A stretch of DNA of 58,913 bases, counting the filler, from Sphacelaria rigidula (lineage: Eukaryota), in the NCBI GenBank assembly GCA_964200075.2. It is 7 parts of 7 records of this genome, joined end to end, with 100 filler letters (N's around TTAATTAATTAA, not from the genome) between each part and the next. Parts side by side here need not be neighbours in the genome. Positions count along the whole stretch, not along the records: positions 1 to 8,332 come from CAXNAA020011498.1; positions 8,433 to 16,763 come from CAXNAA020011499.1; 5 more parts are not named here. One strand, written 5' to 3'. Under the pieces are notes generated by a model. The model was not told the DNA's origin and searched no databases. It saw only the letters and a program-made list of their open reading frames with translations. Each line of letters opens with the position of its first letter. Position 1 is the stretch's first letter. Shown in pieces: positions 1 to 8,701 of the stretch. A program made the translations under genes and the position numbers.

Positions 1-94
1 GGGTGCGTTGTGAGCAGGCGAGGGGGGGGAGCGGGGAGGAGAGGACGCCCCCCCCGCCCTGTCCCCCTGCCGTTGCCTTCCCCCCCCCCCCAAC

Positions 95-628
95 GCGATT
101 TCGAGTGGGGGGCTGGAACCTGCCAGAAAGAAGAATGGAGCATACCAATAGTCAAGTATAGGAGGAAGTAGATGGACAGAAGTGTGGCAAGGAATCAGAG
201 TAGAGCTTATATTGTGGGAGGACTTGAACTGTTTAGGGAGGAACGGGACATGTGGAGGAGATAAGCGAACGAAGCGAATGAGACGTGAAAACATTTGGTA
301 CATTAGATCGTAGCGAGAAAATGATGATTATTCTAGGATATAGATGGTGGCCACAGACGGCGAAACAGGAAGGAAATAAGATAGGTCAAATGTTTTTGTG
401 AAATGTATCGAAGAAACGTCGTGAGCGTCCCAATGTTGGAGGTGTGTCGACTAGGAGTAGGGATAATGCTGCGTCTCGAAGGGGATGCGTGGTCAATGGC
501 CCAATGACTAGGGCAAGACACAAGTGAGCACCTCCCCCCCCCCTCCTTCGCGGTGCTCTGTCTCGAAAGGGATGCGCGGTCAATGGTCAAACGACTAAGG
601 CAAGCAACAAAGGAGTACGCCCCCCCCC
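95..628 (+). mobile_element. Two tandem 5'-truncated copies (95-543, 552-628) of a poly(C)-tailed non-LTR retrotransposon 3' end
   Basis: Degenerate translation CGKESESRAYIVG...FGTLDRSEKMMIILGYRWWPQTAKQEG... resembles the decayed C-terminal zinc-knuckle region of a LINE ORF2. Both copies end in close variants of the family terminus gtctcgaaagggatgcgtggtcaatggtc...gcaagcaacaaatgagtac followed by a C-run. Confidence 0.75.
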
Positions 629-651
629 TTCCCTATTGTATGCACCGACAG

Positions 652-825
652 GAGAAATATGAGTATCATCGCCTCTTGCAATTCGAGGATCTACTTTACG
701 GATTTGGTTTGCCCAAGCTACAAAAGACCACCATGAGGAGGCGACGGGGGCAGTGGTGGGGGGATCCCGTGGAAGACGCCGACGGCTGGTGGGGAGAGCC
801 GACGCTTGGGTGCAACCAGTTGTAA
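652..825 (+). CDS. Probable terminal coding exon of an unknown protein, ending in CNQL*
   Basis: Acceptor gacag| at 649-651; open frame EKYEYHRLLQFEDLLYGFGLPKLQKTTMRRRRGQWWGD...CNQL-stop; upstream exons not identified. Confidence 0.45.
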   Translation, partial: EKYEYHRLLQFEDLLYGFGLPKLQKTTMRRRRGQWWGDPVEDADGWWGEPTLGCNQL

Positions 826-2097
826 CACCCCGCTCGACCGCGGTGCTGGAGTTGAATGACAGCACTGCTGCACTGCACTGTCTTGTCCCGATTTTGGTGC
901 GTCGTTTTATTCCCCGTCCATGAGCACTGCCGTCGTCTTATGGCTGCCTCTTCCTTTTTTTGCTTCTTTTCACTTTTTTTGGGGTGGGGGCGGGCGGGCG
1001 GGGGCGGGGGGGAAGGTGGGGGGGAGTGAGGGGGGGGGGGGGGGGGGCGGAAAAAAAAGGGTGGGGGGGGGGGGGGGGGGAAGGGGGGGCCCCCGGGGGG
1101 TTTTTTTTTTTGCCCGGGTGTTTCATGAGTGACTCAAAGCTTTCAGGATATTTTCCCCCCATTCTGTTGTAATTTGTCTTTTCGAAGGGTATAGGAGGAG
1201 TCTTATTCCGTGTTCGCCGGTGGGGTGACACATTTCAGGCGGCTTGGGCGTACTCATCGTTCATCAAGTGTCGAGGTGCGCTGCCCCAGCGCAGGTGGCC
1301 TGTGGAAGAGTATACCCGTGACTGCGGCAGCGGTGTGGTTATGTTGATGTAGCGAGAGGGCGGGGCACACTAGCTGGGTTGCTCGCTCTCGCTCGGGCAA
1401 CTGTAGTGGAGGAGACTTGGGCCGATCGTGACCCGCACGGATTTTTCTTTTCCATGCGACGGATGGGACGCCGTGTTTAGTTGTTCTCATATTCGCGTGG
1501 TCTACTGAAGAAGGAATTTAGTTGAGGTTACTTGGAGAGGGGCGACAGTTGCACATGGTACGGACGGCGTGCCTGAGAAAACGAACGTGGGAGTGTTTTC
1601 TCCCGTTCTCACACAAGTCGCTGTTTTCATTAAACATTCGGGGGTAGGGGTGGGGGAGGGTTAGGGCGGGGGGTCAGAGTGCTAACCTCTGGAATTGTGA
1701 AGCATGTGTTTGTTTTTTGTAGCGCGTGCAATAGTTGTTGGAGTCTCTGGGAAGACATGGAGAAAGCAACGAACGGCCTTTGCGGTGCCTCTCTTTTGTT
1801 TTGAGTGCTTGTTGGTCTCTTATCTTATTAATAGTGTGTCCGTTGTTTCTCCCGAGATCTTGTCTTGTTCCTTCTCGTTGTGATGGAATTACGCCGAAAT
1901 ACTAGTGCTTGTCAGTAGGTCCATATCTTTTCCCACGGTGTACGGTGTGCGTGGATTGATTCTGTTTTCATGTCGCTCATCTCATCGAAAAAAATGTGGA
2001 AGTGTGCCTATTTGGCACGCTGATATCTTGGACGCGGAGCGGTGGAATAATCGTGTAGCTATATAACAGAATACTCATTTTTTTTGTGATACTACTG

Positions 2098-2463
2098 ACC
2101 GGTCGCCCCGGTGGCTCAGTTGGTAACCTCGAAACCTTCTGACGGTTGGATCGTAGGTTCAAATCTCAGAGCGATACGGGATTTTTTTCTCACACCATGC
2201 CCAACAGTGGAGAGCGACTATGTCGTGGGTACACAAATTCGACTAAACAGTCGACGAGGGAAAGACACTGCTGGACCCCTCTCGTGATGAAAAATGAAGG
2301 CAAGCACCGCAGAAGGAAGGTGAAATATAAAAATACAAATGAAAAAGAAAAAGCTCCTGTGTTGACCTTCCTCCTATGTGACCCCGGCTGATGCGCCCAC
2401 ATATACCGAAAGGTATAGACTGGCGTCCAGAATGGAAGGGACGACAACACACACACAACACAC
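2098..2463 (+). mobile_element. tRNA-derived SINE, full length, (CA)n tail
   Basis: Pol III A box TGGCTCAGTTGG (2112-2123) and B box GGTTCAAATCT (2156-2166); homologous copies at 11777-12133, 32324-33010 and 45075-45400. Confidence 0.85.
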
Positions 2464-4205
2464 GCTGCTGTAGCGTGAGAAATGATTCGTTTGTCTGCAA
2501 ACAAACTCAAATCGGTGTTTGGTCGGTAGCGACTTGATTTTTCTTACCTGCACCTTGCTCCAGAAGACAAGCGAGCTAGAGCTACCCCTTGAATTCTCTT
2601 CCCGGTTTGCGGTTGTTCCGACGATCGTGTTCCTGCAGGACAAGCCCTCGTCCTGCAATCTACGCCACGCAAACGCTCGACTAGACTTGAGAGATCAGCA
2701 GGTGTCTTTAGTATTTGCGTTCTGTGCATCTACGTGTACACCAATGAGGAGTTATCGACACACATCACGTTGATGCCCGAAACATGGAAAACTAGACAGT
2801 TCAACTCTGTGGCCGTGAGGGTAGGCGATCTGATGGTCATGCCTAGCCAAGCGCTTGCACGTTTTGCGACACAATCCCATTTTCGATTCGGTCGTATCCA
2901 TGCATCACCCGATTTATGCCACGATACTGAACGTACAGCCGATGATTCCCTTGTGCGATGTCGATATATTGTCTCGATGGCCCTTATTCTCTTCTGGAGC
3001 ACGCTGTCGTGGTCCTTTTCATTCCCCACATGTATAAATGGCCGACATTGAGTCGCCCACGATTCAATTCGCCGATGTTCCAGACATGCCTCTTCAAGCC
3101 CAATAAACGGCTCCTCTGTTTGTTCGATCCGTTGGTACGTACTCTGCTGGTCAGATGGCATTTCCCAGTGAGAGGTTCCAGCGGCGGAAATTCGAAAATC
3201 CACAAAAAAACAATCTAGACAGTCCCTTCTCGTGCAAACGTCACTGGAGGTGTCCAGGACAACAGTAAATAATTTCGAGGAAAATATATTGGATTTTAGA
3301 GGCGAGAATTCGAAAACACAAGGGGACATCAAGAGAGCCAGATCTTGCGCAAGCGTCACGATGGATGGTCATTAATCGCTTCGAAGCAAACATAAGATAT
3401 ATATTGTACGCCACATGACATGCCTCTCTGTCCAGGGGAACGAATCCAGCTATTTCGTGGTTTGATTGTGGTCGCGCTGGCATCAAAGGAGACGGGAGAG
3501 ATCCACCCCTGACAGTGTCCTCTTCAATCGTCCTGCTCCACCGTTGGGCCGTGGTCGTGCTTCTTCATTTTCATGTCTTTCTTCAACCCTCCACTTACTG
3601 GGCGCGAAACGCTGGAGATCGCCCCCACATCGACCGCTTCACATAGCATAATCAAAAGGCTAGAATAATCTTGCCGAAACGAATTCTACAACACGTTGGA
3701 TGTGAGGAACGCACTTTTGTCCGCCACTCGGGAGTCGGTTGTCCAGAGCATACACGATACGGACAGTGTTGTAGTGCCCCCTCGGAAGCATACTAAAATA
3801 CAGTTTGCCGTATGGTTTTGATCACGCCGTTTGCCTGCAAAGACCTAGTTGTCATTATAGCTTATGTTCAGTGATATGTTTTGACATGTAGGACCCTGGG
3901 AGCCGTACAGTTACGACCAGGTTGTGCCTCGTAACCGCGTACATACGGGAGCAGTCAACAGAGCAGCGGATCCAGGTATCATTTTCGAACCGGCACAATT
4001 TCCGCCGACCCGGCACGAAACCATCACTTTCAAATCCAAAGACTCCGCACCTCGATTTCCCAACAACACAGGGCTTGTATGTTGCATGCTGAATTCTGAG
4101 GACTGCACCGTGCACTCTGAGGCGGTGGTGCTATATGTTCATGTAGAAGTACTCTGATTCCACAGTATGATTTGAAAACACCAGTTCCACAACGGGCATA
4201 TTTGT

Positions 4206-4511
4206 ATGGCAATGCCACCAATCGCAGCGTTGTTCTCGCCGAAGCGGCTCTGTTTTGCAATCGTCACGGCACTCACCTCGTCGTCGTTGACTGCGCACGG
4301 TCAGAGATCAGTAATTTCGCCCTCAGGAGGGTGCGAGCATGTTGCCCCCGTAGCCATAGCTGTGGGGTCTGGCAAAAAACCCCACAAGGCGTCCAAGGTG
4401 CTCGATGCGAATCTCCGGTCAAAGTGGAGCGTTTGGGGGGAGGGAAAATCCATGTGGCTTGAGCTCGCAGCGCCAACGTTTGTCGAAGCGGTGTCTATCG
4501 CGTTCCGCAAG
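4206..4511 (+). CDS. First exon of a secreted protein with an F5/8 type C (discoidin)/CBM32-like domain
   Basis: ATG plus a hydrophobic signal-like segment (RLCFAIVTALTSSSLTAHG), then ASKVLDANLRSKWSVWGEGKSMWLELAAPTFVEAVSIAFRK matching the DGN..TRWS...WI..DL.....V..V.IAF.KG pattern; donor AAG|gtgcgg at 4512. Confidence 0.7.
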
Positions 4512-4745
4512 GTGCGGTGTTGTGCTTCACGTCTAGTAGGTTCCGTATCATCATGTATGTGCGTTTTGCTCGACCTTACCGTCGCGCTTTTCACTTTTGC
4601 CAGCTGCATACTCGACCACTTCTGTATCACTCCACTGGTGCGTGGTGACTTTGATGGTCGGCTTCCGGAAGCCCTCGCGAAACAGAGTTTGGTCACATGA
4701 TGAGGTGATGCGTTACGAGAACATGAAGCGCATGATACCATGTAT

Positions 4746-5346
4746 AAGCTGGGCCAGCTCCAAAGCTGCTATAAGTTGCTCACAACACAGCTTGCCTAAT
4801 TTCCCGAATGAACCCGATGCAAGCATATCACTGTGAAATGCAGACCAACCTTGTGACACACGGCACCGCCGCTGAGTGAAGAAAAAAAAGGGAAAATATG
4901 TACTGCATAATAAATGACCTCAACGACGGACGAGAAAAAAAAAAGCGAATCTGTCGGGATGCGAACTCATGACCTCCGTAATTATAGTCTACAATCACTT
5001 GAATTATACGGGTGCAAAAGCGTCACGCAAGATGTTGCACGCGCGGCCCAATTCGACGACTCTTGACCTGAAAGTTCAGGAAGACCTTCTGCACCCAAGA
5101 AAATGATACATCACGTGAGCAGCTGCAGATTCTCATGATTTCCCTGGACTTATGGCATTATCTTGTTTTTGCTGAAATTTCGAATTCGCATCACTTCCAT
5201 ATTTATTATTGTTTTCTTTCCTGCTCATATGATCTTCTGCATTTCGATCATAAAAAGCTGCTGTTAAAAATTCAGCGTCTAACTCCTAATATCACGCCGT
5301 GTGTCGCCTGAGCGAGATTCACACCTACTCTTGGCTGGCCCAGCTT
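4746..5346. mobile_element. MITE (non-autonomous TIR element)
   Basis: Perfect 13-bp TIR aagctgggccagc / gctggcccagctt; internal blocks tgcagaccaacc and cgaactcatgacct are shared with the copy at 54048-54615. Confidence 0.7.
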
Positions 5347-5535
5347 GCACTTCGAAGTATTTTTGCACGTTACAGCACTGCGTGACTCCGTGCTTGTTGG
5401 AAGCGCTGTATACTGCGCTGCAGTGCAGTATGCGTGGAGTACGGTGCACTCACCTCTACGACATCAATTAAAGTATGTTTAGCGTGCAAACTCAAGCAAC
5501 ATCCGGTTAGTGTAGCAAAAAAGTGGCCCGCCACA

Positions 5536-5710
5536 TGTTCAGGAAGCGAACAGTTTGCTCATTGAACCAGTGAGCGCTCAATGGTTCGTTCAACTGGTAA
5601 ACTGTTCGCTTCCTGAACAAAACATATTCTGTGTGGTCCGCTCCGGCATGACACTTCAGTGATCTTCGGGGCTCCCTGCCCCTGGCAAGCCTCACGGGTT
5701 CAATGGTCAA
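5536..5710. repeat. Interspersed element ending in an 84-nt palindrome
   Basis: Perfect 21-bp stem 5536-5556/5599-5619 centred on gagcgctc; hairpin and flank recur inverted at 30025-30207. Confidence 0.75.
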
Positions 5711-7092
5711 ATGTCGGCTTGTGGAGCAACAGGTCGGGGGTTCGAGTCTCCAGACGATCGAGAAACATCCTTAGCCCCGTAAAAAAGTAGCAACGCGCCG
5801 CGTACGGTATGGACTTTGTTATTATTGTTTCGCGGAGGCTGAACCAATCACATGGCATGGGCAGATAGCATACCGACCGAACTTGAACAGCCAAAAGGAA
5901 GCGCCCATGGATGGAAATAAGCGAGTAAAAAAGTGCCACACAAAATGTTGCAACTGTACCCTACCAGGAAATTATGTCTGCTTCTGGGGTGAACCACTTC
6001 TTGATTATAATCCAGAGCTACTCCACCAACACACCGGGTGCGTCTAGGACCCAGTGTGGGTCATTATTAACGGGGCTGTTTTATTCAGGCTTTTCCGGCT
6101 GTTTCCGGAAAAAAAATCCTCCCCTATAGAAACTGTGACAGGAGATATCTCAACCACGTCAAGGAATAGAACTATTTCAGACTGACTAAATGTTACTCGG
6201 AAAATCAGCTTTGGATTTTTTTTATCACTCGTTTTGGAGACGCGCCGAAATTTTTTCCGCGAAAGTCGAAAGAGTCTTACACATCGCTGCTCCAAAAGCA
6301 TCATGCCACGAGACAAATCTAGCTGTAGGAGGTGGTGTGCGGGCACTTTGCTGTTTGCAGATTCTTCTACCTGCAGGTGGCCGGATCGTCTACACTGCTG
6401 CTCCTTTGCAACCTGTACATATTTTAACATTGTGTGTAACGCCAGAAGTATTGGGTGGGGTTCTCGCCAAACCGGCGCCCCAAATTCAAACCCCACCCGG
6501 CAGCAGAGAACCCTCGGGCAAGGGGGATGCATACTTTGTTCTCCGCAAAATAAGCGTTGGTTGGCAGAGCTCAAATTGGCGCCGCATGCGTCGATTTGAG
6601 TCGAAACGAGCACTCTGGGCGAGTCCTTGGAACCGTGAATCGCGTAGAAACCCGGACATACTGACCCGCACTAAACCCAAAGTAGTTTTCAACTTTGACT
6701 CTGAGGCACCGGCTTTTTGAGAAACCTAATGAAGATACTGCTTTCCGGTGGTTTCCCGAGACGTTGAATATATATATGTATATATTTACATATATGCGGC
6801 AAGCGTCCACGCTCGAACGGACGTTTTGGTCGCTGGTTGGCAGATCACGATCGCTTGAGGATGAATGTCAATGTTTTCTCAAGATAGGAATTTGGAATTT
6901 AGGGCTCGAAACGCGCTTCGAACGATCACAAAATATCAGGTCACACGTTATGGGGGTACAATCTGCGTGTCGTTTTTTTTCTCTCACCACTGTGACACAG
7001 CCCACATCCTCACAGCTCAGAATTCTCGACATACAGCAATGGTTAAAGCAACCCCTCTTTAATCCTTGGGGAGCCGTCCCCTTCCGTCCTCG

Positions 7093-7164
7093 AGCTCCGT
7101 CTCGAAAGGGATGCGTGGTCAATGGTCGAACGACTAAGGCAAGCAACAAATGAGTACGCCCCCC
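7093..7164 (+). mobile_element. 72-bp 5'-truncated insertion of the poly(C)-tailed LINE with 15-bp TSD
   Basis: ccccttccgtcctcg is duplicated at 7078-7092 and 7165-7179; the insert translates APSRKGCVVNGRTTKASNK*. Confidence 0.85.
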
Positions 7165-7844
7165 CCCCTTCCGTCCTCGGGCCAGACGCCTCATACCCTT
7201 GACAAAGGAGAAAATATGGGTGCAGAAAAAGCCGACAACAACCTTTTTTACGGCGGGAGGCCACAACCAAATCCACCAGCATACGTCATGCGTGGACCAA
7301 AAATGTTACCCCGGTGCGGTCGGATTAGTTTTATTCAATGAGGGAACGAAAGGGGTCAAGTGTGTTCAACTTTGTGCACACAGCAAAACCCAGCACCGCG
7401 GCCTATGAATTACATACAACAGAAATCAGCGCCACCTGTATATTTTCTATATACTCTGTCCCGTGCTACACTTGGGCACATTGTTGAACGGGTCCGAAAA
7501 ACAGGCCTTGGACTAACAGTTTTGCGTGAAAGCTGTAAAAAACCAACCATGCGTCGTTGAAAAAAGAGCACCTCGAAATCCACACTTTTCCATCGCCAGT
7601 GCCGAAGGGGTTAAGAGGTGATCCTGAAAAATGGGAACGAGGTTTTCTTATGAGAACGAACAGAGGTCGGAGTTGTTGATGGTATCGAACCTCGTACCCC
7701 CCAAAAGGTTGCCTGTTTCTTGTAAAATGGGTACGAGTCCATCCCACTTGCTTTTCTCAGCTACACGCTCATCGCCAGACAAAAAACTTGAGGCTCGGTT
7801 TGTTAAAAGCTTATATTTTGTTTCTATGTCGGCTACGCGTATCA

Positions 7845-7937
7845 TGTGACCACGGCTGGATCAATTAACGTACAACCGCCAATCAGTAAACGAATGAATG
7901 AATGAATGAATGAATCAACGAATCAACGAATCAATCG
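7845..7937 (+). repeat. Retroelement 3' tail motif tgtgaccacggctggatc followed by (AATG/AATC)n
   Basis: Same motif recurs at about 17374(+), 18620-18685(-), 20545-20605(-), 21227-21295(-), 45528-45585(-), 46829(+) and 51450-51508(-), mostly ending in (AATC)n. Confidence 0.6.
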
Positions 7938-8274
7938 ATCACTTTCCCTCGTTCGATACTCACCCTCATGCAAATGTCAATCTAGTATCCCCTGGTCGGC
8001 GGTAAAAATCCAGTACCATCGCTAAGGTTGATAATACGAGCCCACTCCGACAAGCTTGTACTGCCGTTGCAACGGATTCATTTTTTGACTCAACACCATG
8101 GTACCACTCACACTTCAAAGATGCGACGAAACGGAAGTCTTTCCTATATACGAACCAAATCCGTGTGAGGCGATAAAAAATCGCCGGAACGAAGCCTATT
8201 CCTGCCGCACTTGGCCCGGGAAGCATTGCTCTCCCTCACCACAGACTGATCCTACCATGGGGGGTGGGCGGAAG

Positions 8275-8332
8275 GGGGGTGTACTCATGATCATGCATGC
8301 CATAGTCATAAGACCTTCGACCTCGCATCCCT
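8275..8332 (-). mobile_element. Diverged (type B) terminus of the poly(C)-tailed LINE, cut by the contig end
   Basis: Reverse complement agggatgcgaggtcgaaggtcttatgactatggcatgcatgatcatgagtacaccccc aligns to the type A terminus. Confidence 0.65.
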
Positions 8333-8432
8333 NNNNNNNNNNNNNNNNNNNNNNNNNNNNNNNNNNNNNNNNNNNNTTAATTAATTAANNNNNNNNNNNN
8401 NNNNNNNNNNNNNNNNNNNNNNNNNNNNNNNN
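8333..8432. other. Artificial contig linker N44-TTAATTAATTAA-N44 (stops in all six frames)
   Basis: Exactly 100 nt with TTAATTAATTAA at 8377-8388; the identical structure recurs six times. Confidence 0.98.
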
Positions 8433-8556
8433 GGTGCTCCGTCTCGAAAGGGATGCGTGCTCAATGGTCAAACGACTAAGGCAAGCAACAAATGAGAACG
8501 GCCTCTTCCCCATCGTAGCGACTATGCATGCATGATTATGAGTACACCCCCCCCCA
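8433..8556 (+). mobile_element. Type A LINE terminus directly followed by a type B terminus and C-run
   Basis: ggtgctccgtctcgaaaggg...caaatgagaac, then gactatgcatgcatgattatgagtacacccccccc. Confidence 0.7.
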
Positions 8557-8701
8557 TCGTAGGATGATTCTAAAAGCGTCGACAAAATCAGCAAGAACTA
8601 GAGCGTTTTGAAACCACGCTTTGGCACCACGTACGCCGAATCCTCCCATTTGCGGGGAAGGGATGGAAAGAACACGCGGCGATAATGCATTGTTTCCCTT
8701 G

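Noticed and set aside
920-1231. Gly/Pro-rich ORFs
   Set aside because: They arise from low-quality homopolymer-rich sequence; similar stretches occur at 42170-42220 and 53815-53930
2098-2175. Functional tRNA gene
   Set aside because: A/B boxes are present but there is no clean anticodon arm or T-run terminator; it continues into a repeated 300-bp body, so it is a SINE
2548-3359. Minus-strand gene (209-aa ORF plus candidate exon 2548-2653)
   Set aside because: Plausible splice signals but no recognisable protein and no reliable exon chain; cannot be supported
8377-8388. Periodic TTAATTAATTAA motif every 8.43 kb as a biological repeat
   Set aside because: Assembly spacer embedded in N-runs
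8275-8498. Type A and B termini as the two TIRs of one MITE
   Set aside because: The facing copies are on different contigs; within contigs A and B occur as direct repeats, and A copies carry LINE-type TSDs
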